Of a stretch of 64,000 nt of DNA, positions 29,655 to 40,673 are shown piece after piece (the first letter of the stretch is position 1; the number at the start of each line of letters is the position of its first letter). A model generated the notes under the pieces. That model worked only from the letters and a program-made list of their open reading frames with translations. It was not told the DNA's origin and did not search any database. The translations under genes and the position numbers were made by a program. Source of the DNA: an uncultured Pelagibacteraceae bacterium (GTDB lineage Bacteria; Pseudomonadota; Alphaproteobacteria; Pelagibacterales; Pelagibacteraceae); assembly GCA_902561765.1 (NCBI GenBank), contig CACEQR010000003.1:44833-108832 (forward strand). The letters run 5' to 3'.

Positions 29655-30164
29655 TTAAAATTTTAGGTTTTTGGCATTTTTATTTAATAAATTAATAATT
29701 TGGTCAGTTATATCTAAGTTTTTTTTTCCAACAATAATGTTCTTTTTTGGCATTACTAAAGAAATTGCATTAACTTCCACATAGTTTGTAATAATTGGAT
29801 TTAAAAGCTTCAATATTTCTTTTGTGTTTTCTATTTTAATTTTATTTATATTAGCTTCAGACATTTTTTTATCGTTTCTAAATTTTTTTATTTCCTCTGA
29901 TAAGCTAGTTAATCTTTTCTCAAATTCACTGTTATCTAAAATATTTTTTTGTGCTAGCAAAGTTTTTTCTTTAGCTATAAGTTTGTTTTCTATTTCTTTA
30001 AACTTAATAATATGATTATTATTAAGTTGATTAATTTTCTCAGTTAAAGTTTTTCCTACTTCAGAATTTTTTAGTATAAGATTCATATCTATATAAACTA
30101 TTTGAGCATATGAAGTTAAAGTAAGAATTTTCCAAAAAAATAATATGAAAATAATTTTTTTCAT
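29655..30164 (-). CDS. skp: OmpH/Skp periplasmic chaperone
   Basis: Signal peptide, IVYIDM, coiled coil, DITDQII; lies between bamA and lpxD. Confidence 0.85.
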   Translation of the reverse strand: MKKIIFILFFWKILTLTSYAQIVYIDMNLILKNSEVGKTLTEKINQLNNNHIIKFKEIENKLIAKEKTLLAQKNILDNSEFEKRLTSLSEEIKKFRNDKKMSEANINKIKIENTKEILKLLNPIITNYVEVNAISLVMPKKNIIVGKKNLDITDQIINLLNKNAKNLKF

Positions 30165-32426
30165 TTAAAATGATGTACCAATTCTAAATCTAAATGACTC
30201 TGTCTTATCAGTTGCTTCGCTTTGCAAAGGAATTGCATAAGAAAAAGATAATGGCCCAACAACAGTAAACCAATTTACTGATAATCCAGTTGATGATCTA
30301 ATTCCACTTGACTCAAGAGAGCTATCGTAATCTACTTCTCTTAGTGTAGCAGCATCCAAAAAGAGGCTAAGGTCAATATTTTCATATCCACTTAATATAT
30401 TTGGTAGAGTGGTATCTAAATTAATAGCAGATCCAAAATTACCTCCTACATATTCATTACCATCTTTTGGACCAAATTTTCCCGACTCAAAACCTCTCAG
30501 TTTGCTACTAGGTATATAAACTCTTTTGGACACCCTTACATCGTCATCTATTGAGTTAACTGATTTAAAAAAGAATTTTCCAGATAAAATTAAATTATCT
30601 GAAACAGAATGATACTTAGCAAGATTTATTGTATTACCTATCGACAAATCGTCAGAATAAATTGGCAGTGTTTGTCTGAAGCCTATTCGATAGCCATCAG
30701 TAGGTTGAAAATTTTGATCAAGTTTATTTAGAGATAAATTATATGTAAATAAATTTTCAAAATAATCACCTTCTTGCTTTTTTTTGTAAGCAGATGCTTC
30801 GGATGAAGTTTCTAATTTTTCATAATATGTGGATAAATCAAAATTAACATAAAAATCAGAATATTGTTCGAAACCTGTACCCAAACTAAAACCAGTACGC
30901 GATGTTTTAAAGCCTCCAGTGCTTAGAAAATCTGAACTTGTGCTTTCTACTGTAGTGTTTAGAGATCGATCGGAATTTCTATAGTTTGGATTAACAACTG
31001 AGAATTTTCCTTTGATTTGGTCTTCAGAAAGCATAAGATTTGTTGTTAGCTTTATACCTTTACCACCAAAGTTTTTTTCTTGAATACCTGCAGTTATAGA
31101 GGATCCCGATGTTCCTGTGCCTGCACCAGCAAACACTTCTCCTGTTGGAGTTTCTTCAACAATGATTTCTAAAACTTTTTTTTGATTATCAAGTTCTGAT
31201 TTTTTTATATTAGAATTTACTGTTTTAAAAATTCCTTTAGATTTAATATTATTTATCGATTTATCGAACAAGGCTTTATTAAATGCGTCACCTTCATCTA
31301 TAATAAGAGAATTTCTAATTACTTTTTCTTCTGTAATAAAATTTCCATAAATATTGACTTGTTCAACATAAAATCTTTCTAGGTCTTCAATAATTAATCT
31401 TACATTAATTTTATTTTTTTCAATTGTTGTTAAATCGTATTTTGTATTTAAAAATAGAAATTTTTCTTCTATAATGATTTTATCTATTTCATCAACTAGT
31501 TTATTTAATTTTTTTTGAGAATATTTTTCACCTTGCAATTTATTTATATTTTTTTTTATTTTTATTAAATTTTGATTTTCTAAATTATCCTCAATATCTA
31601 GAACAATATCATTAAAAAAGAACTTTTCTCCAGCATCAATATTAAATGTTAACTCAAAAGCTTCATTATCTATATTTTTTGCATATGAAGATTTTATATT
31701 AACTTTATAAAACCCTTTATTTTGATAATAATTTTTTAATAAAATTTCATCATTTAAAATATTTCTTTCGTTTAGATATTTATTAGATGTTATAAATTTC
31801 CAAAATTTTCCTTCCTCAGATTTGATTACATTTCTTAGTTTAGAGTCTCTAAAAATCTTATCACCTTGAAAATTTATTTTCTTAATAATAGCTCTTTTTC
31901 CTAAATTAAAATTATATAAAATATCAACTGAATTATTTTGGTTATCAATTACTTGGGTTTCAATTTCTGAAAAATAGAATCCAATAGATCTTACTACGTT
32001 TAAAAGTAAATTTTTTTGATCTCTTATTTGGTTTTTTAAAAAAGGGTATTTCTCATACTTTTTAGTATAATCGTACATTTGGTCTAGTATGTCTTTATTT
32101 TTCACACCATTTATTTTAATTGATTGAATAATTGGATTCTCTTCAACTTTAATTTCTAAAATTTTATCGATTGATTTGATCTCAATATTGCTAAAGTAAT
32201 TTGTTTTGTACAAATTTTTTATAGACATATTTAGATCTTCTTTATTGATATCAGTATCTGTCTTTAATCCAGAAAACATAATTATTGTTTCGACAGATAA
32301 TCTCTGATTACCTAAAATTTTTATTTCATTGTAAGTATCTGCTTTAACGTAGTTAAAGTTAAAATAAAAACAAAATAGAATTAATATAAAAAAATTAATT
32401 TTAAAAGAGGTGATAAATTTAATCAT
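30165..32426 (-). CDS. bamA: Outer membrane protein assembly factor BamA
   Basis: POTRA repeats (GNQRLS, GNFIT..VIR), LRGF loop-6 motif, C-terminal FRIGTSF. Confidence 0.94.
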   Translation of the reverse strand: MIKFITSFKINFFILILFCFYFNFNYVKADTYNEIKILGNQRLSVETIIMFSGLKTDTDINKEDLNMSIKNLYKTNYFSNIEIKSIDKILEIKVEENPIIQSIKINGVKNKDILDQMYDYTKKYEKYPFLKNQIRDQKNLLLNVVRSIGFYFSEIETQVIDNQNNSVDILYNFNLGKRAIIKKINFQGDKIFRDSKLRNVIKSEEGKFWKFITSNKYLNERNILNDEILLKNYYQNKGFYKVNIKSSYAKNIDNEAFELTFNIDAGEKFFFNDIVLDIEDNLENQNLIKIKKNINKLQGEKYSQKKLNKLVDEIDKIIIEEKFLFLNTKYDLTTIEKNKINVRLIIEDLERFYVEQVNIYGNFITEEKVIRNSLIIDEGDAFNKALFDKSINNIKSKGIFKTVNSNIKKSELDNQKKVLEIIVEETPTGEVFAGAGTGTSGSSITAGIQEKNFGGKGIKLTTNLMLSEDQIKGKFSVVNPNYRNSDRSLNTTVESTSSDFLSTGGFKTSRTGFSLGTGFEQYSDFYVNFDLSTYYEKLETSSEASAYKKKQEGDYFENLFTYNLSLNKLDQNFQPTDGYRIGFRQTLPIYSDDLSIGNTINLAKYHSVSDNLILSGKFFFKSVNSIDDDVRVSKRVYIPSSKLRGFESGKFGPKDGNEYVGGNFGSAINLDTTLPNILSGYENIDLSLFLDAATLREVDYDSSLESSGIRSSTGLSVNWFTVVGPLSFSYAIPLQSEATDKTESFRFRIGTSF

Positions 32427-32428
32427 TT

Positions 32429-33589
32429 TTATATATATTTTTTTAGATAAGAATTAACTTTATTTACCATTAATTTTATTTCATTTATATTTTTTGGACT
32501 AGTATTAAAAAATTTAGCTAAATATCGTTTTTTTAATAATTTTAACATAATTTTATGTATAGAAATATATGAAATTTGATTATTTAAATAATACCTTACA
32601 AGCTCATCATTAATTGCAACCAAAATAATTTCAAAAAAAGTATTATTAAATTCATAGTTAAGGATTTTCAAAAGTGGAAATTTTTTTGGATCAGGGACGA
32701 TAAAATTTAATCCATTTAATTTAGCATAATCAAATTCATTATAGTTGATTTTAAAATTATATTTATTAAAATTCATTACATTTGCAATTGGAATCTCCAT
32801 TGAAGTCTTGTGAGCTAACATTTTTGTTAAACCTGTATTAAAATGAATTATTGCATGTATATATGATTTCGGATGGATTAATATTTGAAATTTATTTTTA
32901 CTTAAATTAAAAATTTTTACTGCCTCTATTACTTCAAAAATTTTATTCATCATAGTTGCTGAGTCTATTGATATCTTTTTCCCCATTTTCCAATTAGGGT
33001 GTTGAAGTGCAAATTTTGGTTTAATATATTTAATATTTTCTAACTTTTTATTTAAAAATGGTCCTCCTGAGGCTGTCAGATAAATTTTTTTAACATTTGT
33101 AATATTATCATTCTTTAATAATGACCAAATTGAAAAATGCTCTGAGTCCAACGGTATAAAATTTGTATTGTTTTTAGTTAGCTCTCTATTTAAAAATTTC
33201 CAACCACAAATAATTGATTCTTTATTAGCTATAGCAAGATTTTTTGTATATTTTATTATATTAATTGAGGGCTCTAGCCCATCTATTCCAGATATAGCAT
33301 TTATAGTTAAAAATGATTTTCTCTTATTTTTTTTAAGTGCGTCTTCAATAGAAAAATAAACACTTATTTTATTTCTTTTAAAATTTTTTTCAAATTTATA
33401 AAATTTAGTTTTATTAAAAATTACTATTTTTTTAACATTAAATTCTTTAGCTTGTTTTAAAATTTTTTTTACATTGGTATTTGTGGTTAGTAGTTTTACA
33501 CTAAAATTTTTTTTATCTTTTCTTATTAATTTAAGTGTGGAATTTCCTATTGAACCAGTTGAGCCGAGTAAGTATAAATCTTTTTTCAT
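32429..33589 (-). CDS. dxr: 1-deoxy-D-xylulose 5-phosphate reductoisomerase
   Basis: LGSTGSIG, ANKES, PLDSEH, TASGGPF, HPNWKMGKKISIDSATM. Confidence 0.95.
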   Translation of the reverse strand: MKKDLYLLGSTGSIGNSTLKLIRKDKKNFSVKLLTTNTNVKKILKQAKEFNVKKIVIFNKTKFYKFEKNFKRNKISVYFSIEDALKKNKRKSFLTINAISGIDGLEPSINIIKYTKNLAIANKESIICGWKFLNRELTKNNTNFIPLDSEHFSIWSLLKNDNITNVKKIYLTASGGPFLNKKLENIKYIKPKFALQHPNWKMGKKISIDSATMMNKIFEVIEAVKIFNLSKNKFQILIHPKSYIHAIIHFNTGLTKMLAHKTSMEIPIANVMNFNKYNFKINYNEFDYAKLNGLNFIVPDPKKFPLLKILNYEFNNTFFEIILVAINDELVRYYLNNQISYISIHKIMLKLLKKRYLAKFFNTSPKNINEIKLMVNKVNSYLKKYI

Positions 33590-33590
33590 T

Positions 33591-34244
33591 TTATATAGAA
33601 AGCAAAATTATTCCAATCGGTATAGCTAATAGTATGCCATCAATTCTATCTAAAACACCACCATGTCCAGGAAGTATGGAGCCAGTATCTTTTATTTTAG
33701 CCCGCCTTTTTATGTATGAAATTGATAAATCTCCGAGTTGAGATATCAAAGAGATAACAAAAATAAAAATAACAAAATTTTGATTTAAAATTAAAAATTC
33801 ATCAAACTTAAAATAAAAAAAACTGCCAACAATAATTGAAAACATAAAAGAACCCAATATACCAGAGTAGGTTTTATTAGGACTAATCTTTGTAAATTTT
33901 TTACCGCCCAAAGTTTTTCCAAAAATATATCCACCAACATCTGAGGATACACAAATTAATAGTAAAAATATTATTGATATTTTTTGAGCGTTTTCAAATG
34001 GAAATATATAATTCCATATTATCAAAGAAAAAAATAATAAATAAGTTAAAGATAGGATTATTGATATTAAATGTAAAAAATTTTCATTTTTATAAATTTT
34101 TTTAAATAAACTATTAAATTCAATTAACGCAAGTATACTTATTAAAATTAATAATATTAATAACATAATTAAGTTATTTAGCGATGTGGCAATAACGAAA
34201 AGTAAAATTAAAGATGTAATTAATCTTTTATTAAACTGTTTCAT
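33591..34244 (-). CDS. cdsA: Phosphatidate cytidylyltransferase
   Basis: ISPNKT, GDL..S..KR, KDTGSILPGHGGVLDRID. Confidence 0.95.
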   Translation of the reverse strand: MKQFNKRLITSLILLFVIATSLNNLIMLLILLILISILALIEFNSLFKKIYKNENFLHLISIILSLTYLLFFSLIIWNYIFPFENAQKISIIFLLLICVSSDVGGYIFGKTLGGKKFTKISPNKTYSGILGSFMFSIIVGSFFYFKFDEFLILNQNFVIFIFVISLISQLGDLSISYIKRRAKIKDTGSILPGHGGVLDRIDGILLAIPIGIILLSI

Positions 34245-34921
34245 TTTATACCTCCAAAATTTCTTCTTATCTTTAAAAATTTTGATATAATATTATTAAA
34301 ATCTTTTTTATTAAAATCAGGCCAAAGTTTTTTTACAAAAAAAATTTCTGTGTATGATAATTGCCATAATAAAAAATTACTCAAGCGAAACCTATTGCCT
34401 GTTCTTATTAATATTTCTGGATCAGGTATTCCCGCAGTATATAAAAAGTCGTTTATATTTTTTTCGTTAATTGTTTTATTCAAATTATTAATTTTTTTTA
34501 TAGATCTTATTATCTCCTCTTTAGACCCATAATTTAAAGCTATATTCAATTGAATTTTGTTGTTTTTATTCGTTAATTTTTCTGCATTTCTAAGTTTAGA
34601 TTTTAAAGATTTTGGAAATTTGTTTAAATTTCCAATTATTTTTAGTTTTATATTTTTTTTTATTAAATTTTTAAGTTCTTTTTTTATATAAGATTGAAGT
34701 AGATATATTAAAAACTTTATTTCTTTTTTAGGTCTTTTCCAATTTTCTGTGGAAAAAGTATACAATGTTAAATACTTTACTTTTCTAAAAATTGCCTCAG
34801 ATATTATATTTTCTACTACTTTAATTCCTTGAGCATGACCATAGTTTCTTGTTTTATTTTTTTTTAATCCCCATCTACCATTACCGTCCATTATTATGGC
34901 CACATGCTTTGGTGAATTCAT
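34241..34921 (-). CDS. uppS: Undecaprenyl/polyprenyl diphosphate synthase
   Basis: HVAIIMDGNGRW, FSTENWKRP, IRTG..RLSNFLLWQ, RNFGG. Confidence 0.96.
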   Translation of the reverse strand: MNSPKHVAIIMDGNGRWGLKKNKTRNYGHAQGIKVVENIISEAIFRKVKYLTLYTFSTENWKRPKKEIKFLIYLLQSYIKKELKNLIKKNIKLKIIGNLNKFPKSLKSKLRNAEKLTNKNNKIQLNIALNYGSKEEIIRSIKKINNLNKTINEKNINDFLYTAGIPDPEILIRTGNRFRLSNFLLWQLSYTEIFFVKKLWPDFNKKDFNNIISKFLKIRRNFGGIK

Positions 34922-35469
34922 ATTGTCATTATTTCTTTTTCTTTATTAATTACTCTATCGTCTATGACTTTAATTTGATTGTCTGTAAAATCTTGAATGA
35001 TTTTTTCTTTTTTTTTTAAATCATCCTCTGAAATTTCTTTATTCTTAAGAAGTTTTTTTAATTCATCATTAGCTTCTCTTCTTATATTTCTAATTGAAAT
35101 TTTGCATTTTTCGCCCATAGACTTAATAATTTTTTTAATTTCTGATCTTCTTTCTTCACTAAGGTCTGGAACTGGTAACCTAATTAATTGTCCATCTATC
35201 TGAGGGTTTAATCCTAATTCTGATTTTTTTATGGCTGAGTCTATTAGGGCTACATTATTAACATCCCAAACTTGAATATTTATACTTCTAGGTTCAGGGG
35301 TTGTTATACTTCCCAATTGATTGATAGGCATTTTCTGACCATAAACATCAACCTTTACAATATCTAACATACTGGCATTTGCTCTCCCAGTTCTTAAAGA
35401 ACCGAGTTCTTGCTGAAAAACATCATACGTTTTCGACATTTTGCTGTTATATTTCTCTGATTCAAACAT
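34918..35469 (-). CDS. frr: Ribosome recycling factor
   Basis: LRTGRAN, LGLNP, LSEERR, IRNIRR. Confidence 0.96.
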   Translation of the reverse strand: MFESEKYNSKMSKTYDVFQQELGSLRTGRANASMLDIVKVDVYGQKMPINQLGSITTPEPRSINIQVWDVNNVALIDSAIKKSELGLNPQIDGQLIRLPVPDLSEERRSEIKKIIKSMGEKCKISIRNIRREANDELKKLLKNKEISEDDLKKKEKIIQDFTDNQIKVIDDRVINKEKEIMTI

Positions 35470-36320
35470 TACTCGCCTATTTTTAATCTCACAAATTCGT
35501 TAATTTCAAGATTTGATAGCTCTTGACTTTTTATAACGTCTTTAACTTTCATTTTTGGATCCATAACCCAATCTTGTGTCATTAAACTATTATCATCCTT
35601 AAATTTATTAATCTTACCTAAACTAATTTTTTTTGCAATTTCTTCTGGTTTTCCTGAGTTTTTTAATTCTTCTGCTATTAAATTAACCTCTTTATCAATC
35701 AGTTCTTGATTTATATCACTTTCAATAATTGCCATTGGATTAGATGCTGCTATATGCATTGATAATTGTTTTCCAAACAAATCAATACTCTCTGAATTTT
35801 TATCAATTTTTAGTGAAACTATTACTGCTAATTTTGAGACGTTTTCTTTAATGACTGAATGTTGATAAACAAAATTTTTAGAATTATCATTATTTAGAGT
35901 TTTTGATCTTCCTATTGTAATTTTTTCACCAATTTTAGCAATTAAACTTACTAAGTTTTCTTCAACAGTTTTATTATTTTTCATCTTAGCTTTTTTTAAT
36001 TCATCAATGTTTGATGAATGATTGTTGTTTATTTCACTTAATTCTTTCACAAATTCTATAAAATCATCGTTTTTAGCAACAAAATCTGTTTCGCAATTTA
36101 CTTCGATAAGAGACATTTTTTTTTCATCTCCAGAAATTACAATTACCCCTTCTGATGCGTCTCTTGACATTTTTTTTGAAGCTTTGGCTATTCCTTTAAC
36201 TCTTAAAATTTCAACTGCTTTATCCAAATCTCCATTCGCTTCTTTTAAAGCTGAGTTACAATCTTTAAATCCAGCACCTGTTGATTTTCTTAATTGTTTT
36301 ACTTTGTCTATGTCGCTCAT
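35469..36320 (-). CDS. tsf: Elongation factor Ts
   Basis: [30 protein letters not shown]. Confidence 0.97.
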   Translation of the reverse strand: MSDIDKVKQLRKSTGAGFKDCNSALKEANGDLDKAVEILRVKGIAKASKKMSRDASEGVIVISGDEKKMSLIEVNCETDFVAKNDDFIEFVKELSEINNNHSSNIDELKKAKMKNNKTVEENLVSLIAKIGEKITIGRSKTLNNDNSKNFVYQHSVIKENVSKLAVIVSLKIDKNSESIDLFGKQLSMHIAASNPMAIIESDINQELIDKEVNLIAEELKNSGKPEEIAKKISLGKINKFKDDNSLMTQDWVMDPKMKVKDVIKSQELSNLEINEFVRLKIGE

Positions 36321-36346
36321 ATCGACTCCTGTAATAAATTTTTTAT

Positions 36347-37144
36347 TTAATTAATTTTAGTCTCAGTTTTTACCTCTTTAGAAGACTCTGAGTTCGAATT
36401 TTTGACGTTTTCTTCTTTAGTAACATTATCGTTTTTATCTTCACTAGTAGTTTGAGGCGCATTTTTTTTTGCATTATGAATTGTTTCTTTTAAAAGTGTA
36501 CAGTATAAATCGATAGATCTTCTTGCATCATCATTTCCTGGTATAGGAAAATCAATACCATCTGGGTTAGAATTTGTATCTAAAACTGCGATTATAGGGA
36601 TTCCTAATTTAACTGATTCCTTAATAGCTAAAGATTCATAATTTGTGTCTATAATAAAGACAAGATCAGGAATCTTCTTCATATTTGATATGCCACCTAA
36701 TGATCTTTGCAGTTTGTCCCTTTGACCACTCATTTTTAATAATTCTTTTTTTGTGAACCCTCTATTTTCTGATTTTAAATCAGAATTAATTTTATCAAGC
36801 TTTTTTATAGAATTTGATATTGTGCCCCAATTGGTAAGCATCCCGCCTAACCATCTATAATTTACAAAATATTGATCGGTTTCATTGGCAAGTTCAGCTA
36901 TTGCTTCTGATGCTTGTTTTTTTGTTGATATAAATAAAATTTTACCACCTTCTGATATAGTAGAATAGACTTTCTCTAGTGCAACTTTTGTTAATTCAAT
37001 AGTTTGAGTTAAATCTATTATATGAATAGAGTCTCTTTTTCCAAAAATAAATTTCTTCATTTTTGGGTTCCATCTTAATGTCTTATGGCCAAGATGTACG
37101 CCAGCTTCTAATAATTGTTCGATTGTTAAATTTGGTATTTTCAT
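36347..37144 (-). CDS. rpsB: 30S ribosomal protein S2
   Basis: [31 protein letters not shown]. Confidence 0.98.
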   Translation of the reverse strand: MKIPNLTIEQLLEAGVHLGHKTLRWNPKMKKFIFGKRDSIHIIDLTQTIELTKVALEKVYSTISEGGKILFISTKKQASEAIAELANETDQYFVNYRWLGGMLTNWGTISNSIKKLDKINSDLKSENRGFTKKELLKMSGQRDKLQRSLGGISNMKKIPDLVFIIDTNYESLAIKESVKLGIPIIAVLDTNSNPDGIDFPIPGNDDARRSIDLYCTLLKETIHNAKKNAPQTTSEDKNDNVTKEENVKNSNSESSKEVKTETKIN

Positions 37145-37149
37145 ATTTA

Positions 37150-37220
37150 TTCCCGGTTATGCCACCACAATTACTGCCTAAAAAGGACCGGAGGTATAAA
37201 ACCAGAAATTGTGTGCGTAT
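37150..37220 (-). ncRNA. Structured rpsB 5' leader RNA (putative S2 autoregulatory element with pseudoknot)
   Basis: GC-rich island in an AT-rich spacer. On the minus strand CACAAUU pairs with AAUUGUG, enclosing hairpins GGU/ACC and CCU-UUUU-AGG. Loop CCGGU can pair with ACCGG just upstream of the start codon. Confidence 0.75.
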
Positions 37221-37268
37221 TAATTTATGGAACTAATTACAAAAAAAATAAAAAAATACAAGTAATTT

Positions 37269-40200
37269 TTAATTTATTTCAATATTTTTATCTTTTCTCA
37301 ATAAATTAAGCATTTTATGATCTATTTTTCTATTTTCTTTTAATCGAAAAGATAACGTTTTTTTATCAATATCAACATCAATTTTGATTTTAGTTTTACC
37401 ATCTTCTAAACTAAATTTGTTAATTTTATCTATATCGTCCAAATTTTTAAGTCTTATATTCACTTCATCAATTGGTTTGTTAATAATTTGTTTCATAGAA
37501 ATAATTTTTTTAATATTAATTTTTTTTTGTACCTTATTTTCATCAACAAAACTTTTAACTAACGTAATCATTACAGAATTACCTTCAACAAGTATTTCTC
37601 TGTTTGACTCAAAAACATCAGAAAATACAAAAAGCTCAAATACACCAGATAAATCTGAGAATTTGATTATTGCATATGATGTGCCCTTTTGTGTTTTTTT
37701 TTCTTGAACTTTTAAAATTGTGGAAGAAATATTTGAACTTAAAATATTTTCATTTGAGTTAAATTCTTCATAATTAATAATATTATATTGTTTAAAAATA
37801 GACCTGTATTGATTCAGTGGGTGGTCAGAAATAAAAAAGCCAAGTGTTTCAAATTCTTTTGATAATTTGACATCAATGTTCCAATCCTCAATTTTTTCTA
37901 TATACGTTTCATCTTCCTCATCTTCAAATAAATCTATTTGATTTGCTGAATTATTTTCAAAAATATTTTTTGATTTTAAAATAATATTAGGAATTGAATT
38001 GTATAAAGACTGTCTATTATTGTTAAGATTGTCAAAAGCACCTGCTTTAACAAGACCTTCTAGCTGTAATTTATTTATATCTTTGGGATTTACTCTCTTT
38101 ATAAAATCGTTCAAATCTTTATATTCTCCGTTTTTTTTTCTCTCATCTATTATTTTAGAAATTGCTTCAAAACCAACATTTTTAATAGCGCCTAAAGCAT
38201 AAAGAAAATTTGTACCATCTGATGTAAAGTCTTCATGACATTTATTTATATCTGGACGAATTATATTTATATTTAATCTTTTTAGCTCCTCATAAAATTC
38301 ACTTAGTTTTTTTTGATTTGAAAGTTCCATTGACATTGATGCAGCAAAAAACTCATGTGGATAATATGTTTTTAAAAATGCTGTTTGATAAGCTATTATT
38401 GCATATGCAGCTGCATGACTTTTGTTAAAACCATATTCTGCAAATGGTTCAATTTTTAAAAAAATTCCTGCTGCTATATCTTTACTGATACCATTATTGT
38501 GTGCACCTATAACAAACCTTTCTTTTTGCTTTTCAAGTTCTGCTCTTTTCTTTTTTCCCATCGCTCTCCTTAAAATATCTGCTTCGCCAGCAGTAAAACC
38601 AGACAAAATCTGAGCTATTTGCATTACTTGTTCCTGATAAATAATTACTCCATATGTGGGTTTAAGTATTGCCTCTAGTTTAGGATGTAAGTAATCTGGT
38701 TCTCTTTTTCCATGTTTGCAATCGTTGTAAACAGGAATGTTACTCATAGGACCAGGTCTGTATAAAGCGACTAATGCAATTATATCTTCTAAATGATTTG
38801 GTTTCATATTAATTAGAGCATCTTTCATTCCAGAACTCTCTAACTGAAATAAGCCAACAGTTTTACCACTTGATAAAAGATCAAAAACTTTTTGATCATC
38901 ATAATTAATATTATCAATTTTAAAGTTTGATACTTTTTTTCTAACAAGTTTTTGAGTTTTGTTAATTACAGTAAGAGTCTTTAAGCCTAAAAAATCAAAT
39001 TTAACCAATCCAGCATTTTCAGCTGAATACATATCAAATTGTGTTGATGGTAGAAGTAAATCTGCTGAAGTATCTTTATACAAAGGTACAGTTTCGGTAA
39101 GTTTTTTGTCAGCTATAACAACACCAGCAGCATGAGTTGCAACATTTCTATTAAGGCCCTCTAGTTTTAATGATAGCTCTATCAACCGACTAACCCTTTT
39201 ATCTTCTTTTATTAATTTTTGTAATCTTGGTTCAACATTTATGCTTTCTTGCAGCTTTAAAGGTCTTGACGGGTCGAAAGGTATCATTTTACAAATGCTA
39301 TCAATAAAACCATAAGGTAAACCTAACACTCTTCCAACATCTCTTATTACCATTCGAGCCTTTAGTTTTCCAAAAGTTATTATATGTGCAACACTATCTT
39401 TATATTTAGTGGTTAGATATTTAAAAACTTGATCTCTTTTTTCCTCACAAAAATCAATGTCAAAATCTGGCATAGATATCCTATCTGGATTTAAAAACCT
39501 TTCAAAAATTAAATTAAATTTTATTGGATCAACGTCAGTTATCGAAAGGCACCATGCTACTAATGATCCTGCGCCAGAACCTCTACCAGGGCCTACGGGT
39601 ATATTATTATTTTTTGCCCATTTTATATAATCTGAAACTATTAAAAAATAACCAGAATAATTCATTTTAGTAATTATATTAATTTCATGGAATAATCTTT
39701 TTTTATAAATTTCTTTTATATTTTCATCATTTTCAATTTTAATTTTTAGTTCTGGTTCAAATTCAAATTTTTCCTCTAATCCTTTTAATGAATTTTTTTT
39801 TAAATCTGCATCTACATCTGCTGAATTAGTAGAGATGTTTGGAAGTATAGGTTTAGAAGAAATTGGTCTGAAATTACATCTGAGAGGTAAATTATAATTA
39901 TTTTCCAATGCTTCTGGTAAATCTTTAAAAATTTCAATCATTTCATTTGATGATTTGAGATAATGATTATTTGACAATTTTAATCTTTTTTGATCATTTA
40001 TGTAAGTTTTTTGACTTATACACATTAAAGCATCATGTGCCTCATGCATTTCTTTTTCCAAATAATAAACTTCGTTAGTTGCTATAATTGGAATTTTAAA
40101 TTTTTTTGAAAGAACTAAATTAAAATGTTCAAATTGTTTTTCGTTTAAATCACCATGTCTCTGAATTTCTAAATAAAAATTTTCATTAAATTTTGAATTT

Positions 40201-40673
40201 AATAAATTTATTAATTCATCTAAATAGTCAAATAAACCTTTGTTAAATAGATTTCCAATTAAATTATTTATAGAACCAGATAACACAATTAGACCGTCAC
40301 CAAATTTTAATAAATCTCCAACAGAACAATGTGGGTTATCGTTGTTGTGATTTTCTAAATAAGCTTTGGAAGAAAGTTCAATTAAATTTTGATACCCTTT
40401 ATAATTTTTAGCAATTAACGGGATAACTCCATAATTATTTTTATATTTAAATAAAATTTGTGAACCAATAATAGGTTGAGTTCCAACGGAAGAAATACTT
40501 TCTGAAAATTCTAGTGCACCTGACAAATTATAAGTATCGCTTATGCCAACTGATTGAATTTTATTTTTTTTACAATATTCTTTAAGATCTTCAATTTTTA
40601 ATGCACCCTCACAAATTGAATACTGAGAATGAATCTTAATTTGATTAAAAAAATTTTTCTTAGATTGAACCAT
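37269..40673 (-). CDS. dnaE: DNA polymerase III alpha subunit
   Basis: PHP domain, GPGRGSGAGS, FERFLNPDRISMPDFDIDF, KFDFLGL, YGFNKSH; no intein-sized insertion. Confidence 0.97.
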   Translation of the reverse strand: MVQSKKNFFNQIKIHSQYSICEGALKIEDLKEYCKKNKIQSVGISDTYNLSGALEFSESISSVGTQPIIGSQILFKYKNNYGVIPLIAKNYKGYQNLIELSSKAYLENHNNDNPHCSVGDLLKFGDGLIVLSGSINNLIGNLFNKGLFDYLDELINLLNSKFNENFYLEIQRHGDLNEKQFEHFNLVLSKKFKIPIIATNEVYYLEKEMHEAHDALMCISQKTYINDQKRLKLSNNHYLKSSNEMIEIFKDLPEALENNYNLPLRCNFRPISSKPILPNISTNSADVDADLKKNSLKGLEEKFEFEPELKIKIENDENIKEIYKKRLFHEINIITKMNYSGYFLIVSDYIKWAKNNNIPVGPGRGSGAGSLVAWCLSITDVDPIKFNLIFERFLNPDRISMPDFDIDFCEEKRDQVFKYLTTKYKDSVAHIITFGKLKARMVIRDVGRVLGLPYGFIDSICKMIPFDPSRPLKLQESINVEPRLQKLIKEDKRVSRLIELSLKLEGLNRNVATHAAGVVIADKKLTETVPLYKDTSADLLLPSTQFDMYSAENAGLVKFDFLGLKTLTVINKTQKLVRKKVSNFKIDNINYDDQKVFDLLSSGKTVGLFQLESSGMKDALINMKPNHLEDIIALVALYRPGPMSNIPVYNDCKHGKREPDYLHPKLEAILKPTYGVIIYQEQVMQIAQILSGFTAGEADILRRAMGKKKRAELEKQKERFVIGAHNNGISKDIAAGIFLKIEPFAEYGFNKSHAAAYAIIAYQTAFLKTYYPHEFFAASMSMELSNQKKLSEFYEELKRLNINIIRPDINKCHEDFTSDGTNFLYALGAIKNVGFEAISKIIDERKKNGEYKDLNDFIKRVNPKDINKLQLEGLVKAGAFDNLNNNRQSLYNSIPNIILKSKNIFENNSANQIDLFEDEEDETYIEKIEDWNIDVKLSKEFETLGFFISDHPLNQYRSIFKQYNIINYEEFNSNENILSSNISSTILKVQEKKTQKGTSYAIIKFSDLSGVFELFVFSDVFESNREILVEGNSVMITLVKSFVDENKVQKKINIKKIISMKQIINKPIDEVNIRLKNLDDIDKINKFSLEDGKTKIKIDVDIDKKTLSFRLKENRKIDHKMLNLLRKDKNIEIN

